DNA from: Rhodospirillaceae bacterium
GTDB taxonomy: Bacteria; Pseudomonadota; Alphaproteobacteria; Rhodospirillales; Rhodospirillaceae
Length of the DNA: 64,000 nt
Reading direction: 5' to 3'
NCBI GenBank assembly: GCA_009693785.1
Contig: SHWP01000011.1
Coordinates: 2,370 to 66,369, forward strand
Under the pieces are notes generated by a model that ran no database searches, was not told the DNA's origin, and saw only the letters and a list, made by a program, of their open reading frames with translations. How positions within the stretch are numbered: position 1 is the stretch's first letter; every line of letters starts with the position of its first letter. Made by a program: the position numbers and the translations under genes. Of this stretch, positions 9,069 through 18,870 are shown piece by piece.

Positions 9069-10255
9069 TGCCTGTCCTCCGGCCCCAACGTCTTACCCAA
9101 ACCAAAGCCCCGCACATCGGCCAAGGTGCGGCATTCTTTACCAACCAAGGCCAGGCCACCCAAGCACACGGCAGCGCTGACATCACCTTGTACTCCGTCT
9201 TCCGAGAGCGCTTGAACCTCTGCGCGCATCGCCTCGTAAGGTTTCTCGTTAAGCAGCCAATTCGTGATCAGACTGTGGCGCAGTTCCAACGCGCGGTTGC
9301 CATGAGCAACGGCTGCTAACACAACCTGTGAATATCGCGCATCCGCAGCGACAAACGCCTGCAATTGCCTAGGTGCTGTGTGGCGCACGCCATAGAGATA
9401 ACCACCCTCTGCGGCCATGACTCCACGACCAAACGCCGAGCCCATGGTCAAGGCGCACGCAACGGCTAGGCCGTTGCGATCTCCTACCACAAAAGCAGTT
9501 GAAGCCATGTCTTGTGGTGTTGTCGAGCCGTCTATTGCAGATGGGCCATACACCATAAAATCGCCCTGCTCGGTCGTGTTGGCCTGGCTCCACACTGGCG
9601 GCACAGATGATTGTGCTGCCGCACCGCGCATGCGGAGAAGTGCCATCGTGTCCGCGAGCGTCAACAGCTTGATCTCGGCACCAGCGGTGACGAATTGCCT
9701 TTGCCGGTCCATGAAGGCCCGCAATGCCGCCGGATCGTTCATCAATCTGCCAGCGTTCTTGGCCAAATCATCGGCCAGCATTTTCGAGACAGTAAAACCG
9801 AACCGCGCCAACGCTTCGGCCGGTGCCACGGCGTTAGACCATGGGCGTTTTCCATATCGCGATTGCAACGCAGCCAAGCCGCGCGCCAACATCGGTATGT
9901 TCTTGTCATCGCGGATTAAAAAATCCAGCACCTCGGCTTTTGCTAAAGCCGTATCATAGACAGTGCACAGGCCACCGCCGCCAAGCCCAGCGCGTGAGGG
10001 CAATGTCACAGCCAATGACAGGCCCATGGCCGCTGCCGCATCGGCGGCGTTGCCACCGGAGCGCAACATCTCCTGCCCCGCCAATACAGCGCGTGGTTCG
10101 TCTGCGGAAATAACGCCAATAAAACCGGGATTACCCGGTGCTGCCGTGTCGGGGGCAACTTGCGTGGCGCACGCCCATAGCCCAAACGAGAGCATTACAA
10201 CTGTGACAACCCCACTCAGGCCGGGAAATCGCCATATTTGACCTATATCGGCCAT
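9065..10255 (-). CDS. Gamma-glutamyltransferase family protein (short form, probable lipoprotein)
   Basis: GGT-like motifs are present (SADEPRAVLAGQEMLRSGGNAADAA, LGGGG, STAFVVGDRNG). I chose the internal ATG at 10255 because it gives a lipobox-like signal (LSFGLWAC). The track ORF extends to 10483. Confidence 0.65.
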   Translation of the reverse strand: MADIGQIWRFPGLSGVVTVVMLSFGLWACATQVAPDTAAPGNPGFIGVISADEPRAVLAGQEMLRSGGNAADAAAAMGLSLAVTLPSRAGLGGGGLCTVYDTALAKAEVLDFLIRDDKNIPMLARGLAALQSRYGKRPWSNAVAPAEALARFGFTVSKMLADDLAKNAGRLMNDPAALRAFMDRQRQFVTAGAEIKLLTLADTMALLRMRGAAAQSSVPPVWSQANTTEQGDFMVYGPSAIDGSTTPQDMASTAFVVGDRNGLAVACALTMGSAFGRGVMAAEGGYLYGVRHTAPRQLQAFVAADARYSQVVLAAVAHGNRALELRHSLITNWLLNEKPYEAMRAEVQALSEDGVQGDVSAAVCLGGLALVGKECRTLADVRGFGLGKTLGPEDRQ

Positions 10256-10310
10256 TCGGCCTGATAGGCTAAATTCGGCGGTTACGATTTTGGGCTGCAA
10301 TAGGACAGAC

Positions 10311-11729
10311 ATGAACCGGGGTACCGGATATCGCAGGCAAGCTTGGTGGAATGACGCGCTCACGCGGGGCCGCGCTGCGGCTTTGGCCAGCGTGGCAATG
10401 GCCGCGCTGATTGGTAGCCCTGCGCCTGCAGTTGCGCAAGGTTTGAACATCATCCGCGACACCGAGATTGAGGAGATCCTCAACGCTTATGCAAAGCCCC
10501 TACTAGAGGCTGGCAACATTGCGCCAGAATCCATCACCATTCGCTTGATCTCCGACGAAAGCATCAACGCCTTCGTCACACGCGGCAACCAAATGTTCAT
10601 TCACACCGGGCTGTTGTTGGCGGCTAAAAACGCCAACGAAGTGATCGGCGTCATCGCCCACGAAACCGGCCACATTGCTGGCGGTCATGCCATCTCATTT
10701 GGTGATGGCGTGGCTGTGGCCAGCACCACGGCATTGCTGGCCACGCTGCTGGGTGTCGTGGCGGGCGTCGCCTCTGGCAACCCCGATGTCGGTATGGCCA
10801 TGGCCTTGGGAGGCCAAGGCACTGCGCAACGCATGTTGTTCGCCTTCAGCCGTGGCCAAGAATCCTCTGCTGACCAATTCGCCATCCGGGCGCTTGAACA
10901 AACTCAACAATCGCCCAAGGGACTCTATGAGTTTTTCAACCGGCTGGCGGGCCAGGAATTATTGATCACCGACCGGCAAGACCCTTATGTGCGCACGCAC
11001 CCGCTGAACCGCGAGCGCATGGGCGCAGTGAATTTCGCGGTGCAGAATTCGGCGTACTCAAATAAACCCGCCGACCCAGAACTTGACCGCCTGCACCGGC
11101 GCACCGTGGCAAAGTTGTTTGCTTTCTTGAAGCCGCAGATGACCACATTCCAGAAATACCCTGAATCCGACAAAAGCCCCGAAGCGCGCTACGCTCAATC
11201 CATCGCGTTTTATCGCCGCGGCCAGATGAAAGATGCCCTGCCGGTGATCGACGGCCTGATTAAGGAATTCCCGAAAGACGCCTATTATTGGGAACTCAAG
11301 GGCCAGATGTTGCTGGAAAATAGCCGGATCGAAGAAGCCATCGTCGCTTACCGCGAGACGGCCAAACTGCTACCTAAAGCCCCATTAATCTTGGTGTCTA
11401 CGGCCCACGCCATGATCGAAAGCGGTGATCCGGCTTATGCCAAAGAGGCGCAAGGTGCCTTGCAGGCCGCCCTGCGCCAGGACCCCGAAGACCCCTTCGC
11501 TTGGGATTTGGCTGCCAAGTCGTACCTCCAGAGCGATCAGGCCGGGATGTCGGCCTATGCCGCCTCGGAAAGGGCGCTATTGCTGGGTCAATTTGGCGAT
11601 GTCATCCGCTATAGCCGGGAAGCCGAAAGATTACTGGAAAAAGGCACGCCGACTTGGTATCGCCTGCAGGACATCAAGGTCACGGCTCAGAACTACCTGC
11701 AAGAAATGATGGAAAAACGGCGGCGCTAG
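10311..11729 (+). CDS. M48 family metalloprotease with C-terminal TPR region (BepA/YfgC-like)
   Basis: It has the HExxH motif (VIAHETGHIAGGH), a signal peptide ending AVAQG, and a TPR-like C-terminal half. The start could instead be the TTG at 10290. Confidence 0.8.
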   Translation: MNRGTGYRRQAWWNDALTRGRAAALASVAMAALIGSPAPAVAQGLNIIRDTEIEEILNAYAKPLLEAGNIAPESITIRLISDESINAFVTRGNQMFIHTGLLLAAKNANEVIGVIAHETGHIAGGHAISFGDGVAVASTTALLATLLGVVAGVASGNPDVGMAMALGGQGTAQRMLFAFSRGQESSADQFAIRALEQTQQSPKGLYEFFNRLAGQELLITDRQDPYVRTHPLNRERMGAVNFAVQNSAYSNKPADPELDRLHRRTVAKLFAFLKPQMTTFQKYPESDKSPEARYAQSIAFYRRGQMKDALPVIDGLIKEFPKDAYYWELKGQMLLENSRIEEAIVAYRETAKLLPKAPLILVSTAHAMIESGDPAYAKEAQGALQAALRQDPEDPFAWDLAAKSYLQSDQAGMSAYAASERALLLGQFGDVIRYSREAERLLEKGTPTWYRLQDIKVTAQNYLQEMMEKRRR

Positions 11730-11770
11730 CCCAAGGCCGCCGGGCCAGCCAACTCGTTTAGGACAGTCCA

Positions 11771-12523
11771 ATGAAAACGATCGTATCATTCATGATGCCC
11801 GTGCTGGCCATGGCCGTGCTGTCGGCCGGGCCTGCCCTCGCCCAAGACAAGAGCGCCTTCACGCCCGCGCAGCGCGAGGAAATGAAAACCTTGGTGCGCG
11901 ACTACTTGCTGGAAAACCCCGAAGTCATCGCTGACGCCATTGGCAAACTTCAAGAAAGAGAAGAAGCCAAAAAAGAGCAAGAGCGCATGGAATTGATCGC
12001 CAAGCGCAAAGACGAGCTCGTCAATCCCAAGGAACAGACTTACCTCGGCAACCTGCAAGGCGATGTGACCATCGTTGAGTTCTTCGATTACAACTGCGGT
12101 TACTGCAAGTCGATGTTCCCCGACCTGATTCAACTGGTGAAGTCGGATGGCCGTATCCGCCTGGTGATGAAGGAATTTCCCATTCTCGGACCGCAGTCGG
12201 TGACCGCCACTAAGGCCGCACTCGCTTCGCGTAATCAACGCAAGTACAGCGAGTTTCACCAAGCATTGCTGGCTTACAAAGGCGGGTTGAACGAAGCCGC
12301 CATCAACACAGTGGCCAAGGGTGTGGGTCTGAATGTCGAGAAGCTGCAAGAAGACATGAAAGACACCGAACTTGATAAACTTATCAAAGACAACCGAGAC
12401 CTCGCTCAAGCCCTGGGCATCACCGGCACGCCAGCGCTGTTGATCGGTGATACCTTTATTGGCGGTGCAATCGGCCGCGACAAACTGTCCGAACTCGTCG
12501 CCGCAGCCCGGAAAAAAGGCTAG
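11771..12523 (+). CDS. DsbA family thiol:disulfide oxidoreductase
   Basis: It has a signal peptide, a CGYC active site within FFDYNCGYCK, and a thioredoxin-fold layout. Confidence 0.85.
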   Translation: MKTIVSFMMPVLAMAVLSAGPALAQDKSAFTPAQREEMKTLVRDYLLENPEVIADAIGKLQEREEAKKEQERMELIAKRKDELVNPKEQTYLGNLQGDVTIVEFFDYNCGYCKSMFPDLIQLVKSDGRIRLVMKEFPILGPQSVTATKAALASRNQRKYSEFHQALLAYKGGLNEAAINTVAKGVGLNVEKLQEDMKDTELDKLIKDNRDLAQALGITGTPALLIGDTFIGGAIGRDKLSELVAAARKKG

Positions 12524-12534
12524 GCCCCAATTCA

Positions 12535-13122
12535 ATGTCTGAATTTAGCGACAAAGAGCGCCATCGCTTCCGGCGCCTCCTCGAGGTCGCCCATTCGACG
12601 ACTTTCGATGGCGAGCGTGAAGCGGCCTTGGGCGCGGCAACGCGCCTGGCTGACACGCATGGCATGACATTGCGCGAGGCTGCGGGTATGGCCGAGGCCA
12701 ATGAACCCCGCGCGCCAACGCCGCATCGCCGCCCGCCGCCCAAGCCCGAACCCTGGACAGAGACAGTGCATGGGCGGAATTTGCATGATGCCTTGCGTTC
12801 GCGTCACAAAGCCCATGCGCCGGGGCAGCATTTCGATTCTGAGCTCAATGCCATCAAGGCCGATAAGCTACGTTTCGAGAAAGCGATGCAAGATGCGATC
12901 GCGCGCGGGCTCGACGCTGAAGAACGGCGTAGGAAAAAACGCATCGAGGCCATGATGGCTGCGGCGCGCAAGCGCTCGTCGCGGCGCTGGCGCCCCCGGG
13001 CCGAATTTGTCCGGGTCTTGCTCAATGAAACGCAAATGACCGTGCGCGAAATCGCCTTGACCGTGGGCGTACCCGTCAACGATGTCGTGCGCGAAAAACT
13101 GCTTCTGCGCCGCGCCGCGTAA
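12535..13122 (+). CDS. Hypothetical protein (DUF2786-like N-terminus, basic C-terminal HTH-like segment)
   Basis: The ORF encodes 195 aa. The RRLLEVAHSTTFDGEREAALGAATRLA pattern resembles DUF2786. No catalytic motif was recognised. Confidence 0.45.
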   Translation: MSEFSDKERHRFRRLLEVAHSTTFDGEREAALGAATRLADTHGMTLREAAGMAEANEPRAPTPHRRPPPKPEPWTETVHGRNLHDALRSRHKAHAPGQHFDSELNAIKADKLRFEKAMQDAIARGLDAEERRRKKRIEAMMAAARKRSSRRWRPRAEFVRVLLNETQMTVREIALTVGVPVNDVVREKLLLRRAA

Positions 13123-13129
13123 GCCGCTA

Positions 13130-14476
13130 TTAGCGCTTGAGATCGCGAGTTTGCTGCATCATCTCGTCGGCCGTGCGCAGCACAGTGGCCGAGCTTGAGT
13201 AGGCGCGCTGCGTGACGATCATTTTCGAAAACTGATCGGCCAAATCCACGTTCGAGGATTCGAGCACGCCCGAGATCACTTGGGCGAGACCTTGCACAGA
13301 GTTCAAGCCCTGCAGCTTACGCTGGCCCGCCTCGCGGGTTTGCACAAAGTAATTGCCTGACTTGGCGTCAAGGTTGTTTTGTGCGGCAAACGTCGCGATC
13401 GGCAGTTTGAACAGCGGGCGTAGACCTTGATTGGTGTAGCTGCCGATCAGCACGCCATTTTCGTTGAAGTAAGTTTCCTTCAGGCGGCCTTGTAAGTAGC
13501 CATCCTGATCGAGGTTGAATACCGTGAGGTCGCCGCTGTCGCTTAGTTGCTGCACCTTCTTGATATCCATGGTGATCAGCTGCTGCCCAGTGGCATTGGC
13601 AATCGAGAAAATCAAACGCCCCGACGGGGGTTCGATCAACTTGCCCTCGCCATCGAAGCGCACTTGAGGCGGTAATGGGTTTCCAGACGCATCCAGCGTC
13701 GGTGGTATCGCATTTCCTGCGGCGTCGGCCAACGCCACGATGGTTGTAACCGGGTTGCCTGCCGTATCTAAGCTGTTCAGATCGAGGGTATAGCTGCCGC
13801 CTTGGCTCGGGATCGGCGTGAAGCCCAGCGTAACCGTACGTGAAAAACCGTCCGCATCGACAAATGGCATACCCACGGTTTGACGATTCGTACCGCCCGC
13901 CGACACGTTGGCTTGCAACGTAATATTGCGCGTTGCACGTGCCGGGAAAATTTCATTGCTGTTGATGCTGATGGGCGCCAGCTTCGTCAAGTCATCGGCT
14001 TCGTCGAAGTTGCCATTGGCATCGGCCTGCCAACCATACACGTAAGCGCCAGCCGACGTTGTTAACAGTGTCGCCTGATCAAGCTGACCGTCGTTGTCGC
14101 TATCGGTCGTCAGGCGAATCGACTTGCCGTCCAACGCGCCGTCGCGGGTGTATTGCCAAATTCCGCCGCCATCGGTGGCGGTATTGGTCACGAAGAAACC
14201 GCGGCCATTGATGGCCAAGTCGAGCGAGCGGTTGGTATTTTGCAAGAAACCTTGCTTGTCGACATTGCGGGTATCGCGCGTGTCGACCGCGAAAAAACTT
14301 TGCGGGCCATTCCCATGCCCGGGCCGGACGTGGTTGAGGATGGTCTGGAAATGCGTGTTCTGAAGCTTGTAAGCCGTGGTGTTGACGTTGGCGATATTCG
14401 TCGAGATGACCGACAAACTCTGCGCCTGCGCGTTCAACGCCTGCGTCGCGGTGTTCATCGTTGCTTTGATACTCAT
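13130..14476 (-). CDS. flgE: Flagellar hook protein FlgE-like (hook/rod family)
   Basis: The N-terminus contains ISTNIANVNTTAYK. The C-terminus reads LESSNVDLADQFSKMIVTQRAYSSSATVLRTADEMM, typical of FlgE/F/G. The start was set at the internal ATG (MSIKATMNT). Confidence 0.75.
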   Translation of the reverse strand: MSIKATMNTATQALNAQAQSLSVISTNIANVNTTAYKLQNTHFQTILNHVRPGHGNGPQSFFAVDTRDTRNVDKQGFLQNTNRSLDLAINGRGFFVTNTATDGGGIWQYTRDGALDGKSIRLTTDSDNDGQLDQATLLTTSAGAYVYGWQADANGNFDEADDLTKLAPISINSNEIFPARATRNITLQANVSAGGTNRQTVGMPFVDADGFSRTVTLGFTPIPSQGGSYTLDLNSLDTAGNPVTTIVALADAAGNAIPPTLDASGNPLPPQVRFDGEGKLIEPPSGRLIFSIANATGQQLITMDIKKVQQLSDSGDLTVFNLDQDGYLQGRLKETYFNENGVLIGSYTNQGLRPLFKLPIATFAAQNNLDAKSGNYFVQTREAGQRKLQGLNSVQGLAQVISGVLESSNVDLADQFSKMIVTQRAYSSSATVLRTADEMMQQTRDLKR

Positions 14477-14680
14477 GGCTCTCGCTCCGGTCCCACACTC
14501 AAATGCCCCGATCCGCCCAACTGACACTTCGGGCGCACTGAGGGCTTGCTTTGCTCATTACAAAGCAAGCCCTGTGCCAGGGCAGAACAATTTCTGAATC
14601 AAGGGGTTAGGTCGAGATACGCCAGGTTAAGACGGTGGATCTGCGTAAATGACCCGGCAGGATTTGCCGGGCTAATAGGC

Positions 14681-15664
14681 CTAGATCAACCCCGCCAGCG
14701 GCGAGGATGGATCGGCGTACATCTTGCGCGGCATGCGCCCGGCCAAATACGCAAGCCGTCCGGCTTCGATGCTGAGTTTCATGGCGCGTGCCATTTTGAT
14801 CGGGTCTTTGGCCGCGGCGATGGCGGTGTTCATCAACACACCATCGCAACCCAGCTCCATGGCAATGGCGGCATCGGAGGCCGTGCCCACGCCCGCATCC
14901 ACCAGCACCGGCACCTTGGCTTGCTCGACAATGATGCGGATGTTGACCGGGTTTTGAATGCCAAGACCCGAGCCGATAGGAGCGGCCAGCGGCATGATGG
15001 CACAGCAGCCGATGTCTTCCAGGCGCTTGGCCATGATGGGGTCGTCGGTGGTGTAAACCATCACGTCGAAGCCTTCTTTGATCAGCAGCTCGGCCGCCTT
15101 CAGGGTTTCGACCACATCCGGGTAAAGCGTCTTCTGATCGCCGAGCACTTCCAGTTTCACCAGTTTCCAACCGCCCGCCTCGCGCGCCAATCGCAGCGTG
15201 CGCACCGCATCGTCGGCGGTGTAGCAGCCCGCAGTGTTTGGCAGGTAGGTGTACTTTTTAGGGCTGACGTAATCGACCAGCATCGGCTTCGTGGGGTCGG
15301 ACAAATTCACCCGTCGCACCGCGACAGTGACAATCTCCGCGCCCGAGGCTTCGATGGCGCGCGCGGTTTCTTCGAAGTCTTTGTATTTTCCCGTGCCCAC
15401 CAGAAGCCGCGATTGATAGCTCTTGCCTGCAACCGTGAATGTGTCTTGGTTCATGGGGTCCGCATTTCCGCCGCCGATGAAATGTACAATCTCAATTTTA
15501 TCGCCTTCTGCTAAAACCGTATTCGTGAATGCCGACTTAGGAACAATCTCAAGGTTGCGTTCGACGGCCACCTTGCCTGATTCAATGCCAAGTTGTTTGA
15601 GCATCGCAGCCACCGTGGCGGCATTGGGCAGGTCGCGTGGCTCACCGTTGATCGTGATGTTCAT
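14681..15664 (-). CDS. thiG: ThiS-ThiG fusion protein (sulfur carrier plus thiazole synthase)
   Basis: The first ~66 aa end in the ThiS-like IVHFIGGG. The remainder is ThiG-like ([21 protein letters not shown]). Confidence 0.85.
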   Translation of the reverse strand: MNITINGEPRDLPNAATVAAMLKQLGIESGKVAVERNLEIVPKSAFTNTVLAEGDKIEIVHFIGGGNADPMNQDTFTVAGKSYQSRLLVGTGKYKDFEETARAIEASGAEIVTVAVRRVNLSDPTKPMLVDYVSPKKYTYLPNTAGCYTADDAVRTLRLAREAGGWKLVKLEVLGDQKTLYPDVVETLKAAELLIKEGFDVMVYTTDDPIMAKRLEDIGCCAIMPLAAPIGSGLGIQNPVNIRIIVEQAKVPVLVDAGVGTASDAAIAMELGCDGVLMNTAIAAAKDPIKMARAMKLSIEAGRLAYLAGRMPRKMYADPSSPLAGLI

Positions 15665-15911
15665 GGCGCTTCATCGGTTCGAGATCAGGCCTGCCCTGTG
15701 AAATAGCAGGCGGCCTTGAAATAGCAACTTGGGCCCCACGCGCAAGGGGCAGAAACGCAAGGGTTCCATGCCCGCCCAGGGGGTCAAAAGGCCATGGTTG
15801 AAGGCCTAGCACTCATAGTATAAAGCCATAGTCGCCAAGGGCTGGCACAATCGTTAACATGCTGATCCAGATTGATTTATTGAACATTGATTGATCACAG
15901 GCACGCCCACC

Positions 15912-16358
15912 GTGAGCCATAAAATTCTTGTCCTCAACGGCCCCAACCTCAACATGCTGGGGCAGCGCGAGCCAGACATCTACGGCCACACGACACTGGA
16001 GGATATCCGCCGGGCCGTGGACGCGCGCGCAACGCATTTGAAATTGACGGTCGATTTCCGCCAAACCAACGACGAAGGCGAATTGGTCACGTCTATTCAA
16101 TCAGCGCGCGGCGGGGCCGATGGCCTGATCATAAATGCTGCTGCTTACACGCACACCTCGGTTGCGATTCTTGACGCGTTGCTCGCGTGCGGCGTGCCGG
16201 TGGTCGAGGTGCATCTCTCGAACATTTACCGGCGCGAGGAGTTCCGGCATCACTCCTATGTCTCGCGCGCGGCGACCGGAATCATTTGCGGCTTTGGCGC
16301 CCATGGCTACGAACTGGCCTTGGATGCCATCGCACGGCTACTGCACAACAAAAAATAA
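15912..16358 (+). CDS. aroQ: Type II 3-dehydroquinate dehydratase
   Basis: Matching motifs are ILVLNGPNLNMLGQREPDIYG and HLSNIYRREEFRHHS. The GTG at 15912 gives a canonical N-terminus, whereas the track starts at the TTG at 15891. Confidence 0.9.
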   Translation: MSHKILVLNGPNLNMLGQREPDIYGHTTLEDIRRAVDARATHLKLTVDFRQTNDEGELVTSIQSARGGADGLIINAAAYTHTSVAILDALLACGVPVVEVHLSNIYRREEFRHHSYVSRAATGIICGFGAHGYELALDAIARLLHNKK

Positions 16359-16390
16359 ACTTAAAAATACTTCACGGGTGGACCACGATC

Positions 16391-16837
16391 ATGGCTCAAA
16401 TCGATGGCGACAGCGTCAAACAATTGGCGGCGATTCTGGCGGAAACCGGACTGACCGAGATCGAGTACGATATCGGGTCGATCCGCATTCGTGTGGCGCG
16501 CAACGTCACAGGCGCACCGGTTTACGCGCCCGCACATGCACCCGCTGCTGCTGGCCCAGCCACGCAAGCTGCTGCGCCAGCACCAGCTGATGCGGCATCC
16601 AATCCCGGCTGTTTGAAATCGCCCATGGTCGGCGTGGTGTATTTGTCGCCCGAACCGGGTGCCGCGCCCTTCGTGAAGATCGGCGACCAAATCAACGAGG
16701 GCCAAACCGTCGTGCTGATCGAGGCCATGAAGACCTTCAACCAGGTCAAGGCCCATCGCACCGGCCGTGTCACGCAAATCTTGGTGACCGACAAGAACCC
16801 GGTTGAATACGGCGAACCGCTGCTGGTTATCGAGTAA
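16391..16837 (+). CDS. accB: Biotin carboxyl carrier protein of acetyl-CoA carboxylase
   Basis: It has the EAMKTFNQV biotinylation motif and an Ala/Pro linker. It sits in the conserved aroQ-accB-accC order. Confidence 0.9.
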   Translation: MAQIDGDSVKQLAAILAETGLTEIEYDIGSIRIRVARNVTGAPVYAPAHAPAAAGPATQAAAPAPADAASNPGCLKSPMVGVVYLSPEPGAAPFVKIGDQINEGQTVVLIEAMKTFNQVKAHRTGRVTQILVTDKNPVEYGEPLLVIE

Positions 16838-16843
16838 CGCTGG

Positions 16844-18208
16844 ATGTTCGAAAAAATCCTGATCGCCAATCGCGGAGAGATCGCGTTGCGTGTGCAGCGC
16901 GCCTGCCGCGAAATGGGCATCAAGACCGTGGCCGTGCATTCCACCGCCGATTCCGAAGCCATGCATGTGCGCCTGGCTGACGAAGCGGTGTGCATTGGCC
17001 CGCCGCCGGGGCGCGACAGTTACCTCAACAAAGCGGCAGTAATTTCCGCCGCCATCATCACCAACGCCGAGGCGATTCATCCAGGCTACGGTTTTTTGTC
17101 GGAGAACGCCGGATTCGCCGACATGGTCAAGGACCATGGCCTGACCTTCATCGGCCCCTCGGCCGAGCACATCCGCATCATGGGCGACAAAGTGCAAGCC
17201 AAGATCACGGCCAAGCAGGCGGGCATTCCTGTGGTGCCAGGCTCGGACGGCGCGGTGCCTGATGAAAACGCCGCCGTGGAAATCGCCGATGGCATCGGTT
17301 ACCCGGTGCTGATCAAGGCTTCGGCTGGCGGCGGCGGTCGCGGCATGAAAGTAGCCCAAACCCGCGATGACGTGCGTGAGTCCTTCAAGGTCGCTAGCGG
17401 CGAAGCCAAAGCCGCTTTCGGCAATGGCGAAGTGTATATGGAAAAATACCTCGCCCATCCGCGCCATATCGAGATTCAAGTGTTAGGTGATCAGCACGGT
17501 AATGTGGTGCACTTGGGCGAGCGCGACTGCTCACTGCAGCGCAAGCACCAAAAGATTTTTGAAGAATGCCCCTCGCCCGCGCTCAACCCCAAACAGCGCG
17601 ACGAGATCGGCAAGGTTGTCACTACGGCATTGAAGAAACTGGGGTATTACAACGCAGGCACGGTGGAATTCCTATATGAGAACGGAAAGTTTTTCTTCAT
17701 CGAGATGAATACCCGCCTGCAAGTCGAGCACCCCATCACCGAAATGATCACGGGGTTGGATTTGGTGCGCGAGCAAATCCGCATCGCAGCGGGCATGGAA
17801 CTGGGCTTCACGCAGAAAGACGTCGAATTCCAGGGCTGCGCCATGGAATGCCGCATCAACGCCGAGAACCCGCGCACCTTTGCCCCCTCGCCCGGCACGA
17901 TCACCGGCTACCACGCCCCCGGCGGGCGGCGCGTGCGGGTCGATTCGGCCATGTATGCCGGATCGAAAATTCCCCCCTATTACGACAGCCTGATTTCCAA
18001 GCTGATCGTTCAGGGCTCGACCCGCAACGAATGCATCATGCGCATGCGCCGGGCCCTGCATGAGTACGTGATCGATGGCATCCAAACCACCATTCCCCTG
18101 CACCAAGCGGTGCTGGACCAACAGGCGATTATGGACGGGGCATACGATATTCACTGGTTGGAGGATTTTGTGGCACAATGGGTAAAGGATTCACCGGCTA
18201 AGGGTTAA
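16844..18208 (+). CDS. accC: Biotin carboxylase
   Basis: Matching motifs are MFEKILIANRGEIALRV, GGGGRGM and EMNTRLQVEHP. The product is 454 aa. Confidence 0.95.
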   Translation: MFEKILIANRGEIALRVQRACREMGIKTVAVHSTADSEAMHVRLADEAVCIGPPPGRDSYLNKAAVISAAIITNAEAIHPGYGFLSENAGFADMVKDHGLTFIGPSAEHIRIMGDKVQAKITAKQAGIPVVPGSDGAVPDENAAVEIADGIGYPVLIKASAGGGGRGMKVAQTRDDVRESFKVASGEAKAAFGNGEVYMEKYLAHPRHIEIQVLGDQHGNVVHLGERDCSLQRKHQKIFEECPSPALNPKQRDEIGKVVTTALKKLGYYNAGTVEFLYENGKFFFIEMNTRLQVEHPITEMITGLDLVREQIRIAAGMELGFTQKDVEFQGCAMECRINAENPRTFAPSPGTITGYHAPGGRRVRVDSAMYAGSKIPPYYDSLISKLIVQGSTRNECIMRMRRALHEYVIDGIQTTIPLHQAVLDQQAIMDGAYDIHWLEDFVAQWVKDSPAKG

Positions 18209-18213
18209 GCCCC

Positions 18214-18870
18214 GTGACGGAGATCACTGCAGATCTTCTATTGAAAGCCTACGCCTACGGGGTGTTCCCGATGGCGAAGTCACGCGCCGACGACAAAGTG
18301 TTTTGGGTGCAGCCCAAATTCCGCGGCGTGATTCCCCTCGATCACTTCCACGTCTCACGTTCGATGCGCAAAACTTTGCGCCGGGGAACATTCACTGTCA
18401 CCTGCGATGCGGCCTTCGACGCCGTGCTCGATCTGTGCGCAGAACCGCGGCCCGGCCGCGAAGAAACTTGGATCAATAGCAAGATCGTCGAGTTATTCGT
18501 CGATTTGTATAACGCGGGGCTTGCCCATAGCATCGAGACTTGGCGCGATGGCGAATTGGTGGGCGGGCTATATGGCCTGGCCATGGGTGCGGCTTTCTTT
18601 GGCGAGAGCATGTTCAGCCGTGCCGAGAATGGCTCGAAGTTCGCGCTGTGTCATTTGGTGGGCATCATGAAGCGCGGTGGATTTATGTTGCTCGACACTC
18701 AGTTTATCACCGATCACTTGAAACGCTTCGGTGCGATTGAAATTCCGCAGAAAGATTATTTGGCGCAGCTTAGCAACGCCTTATCGCACCACGGCGAGTT
18801 CGGCCCACCGCTGACTCAGCGCGAGCTGGATGCGGTCTTGTTCTCGCAAGCCAGCACCCAAATATCGTAA
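18214..18870 (+). CDS. aat: Leucyl/phenylalanyl-tRNA--protein transferase
   Basis: Matching motifs are LLKAYAYGVFPM, GGLYGLAMGAAFFGESMFS and LLDTQF. It has a GTG start. Confidence 0.85.
   Translation: MTEITADLLLKAYAYGVFPMAKSRADDKVFWVQPKFRGVIPLDHFHVSRSMRKTLRRGTFTVTCDAAFDAVLDLCAEPRPGREETWINSKIVELFVDLYNAGLAHSIETWRDGELVGGLYGLAMGAAFFGESMFSRAENGSKFALCHLVGIMKRGGFMLLDTQFITDHLKRFGAIEIPQKDYLAQLSNALSHHGEFGPPLTQRELDAVLFSQASTQIS

Noticed and set aside
15665-15890. TPP riboswitch in the leader of thiS-thiG
   Set aside because: The minus-strand leader contains CCUGAUC followed by a short hairpin and UGAAGCG. I could not find the conserved CUGAGA element or a convincing P2/P3 architecture, so an Rfam/Infernal scan is needed before calling it.
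18816-18870. 55-bp convergent overlap of aat and the DUF2155 gene as a possible regulatory antisense arrangement
   Set aside because: It most likely just reflects the two stop-codon positions. There is no additional structure, and it cannot be evaluated without transcript data.
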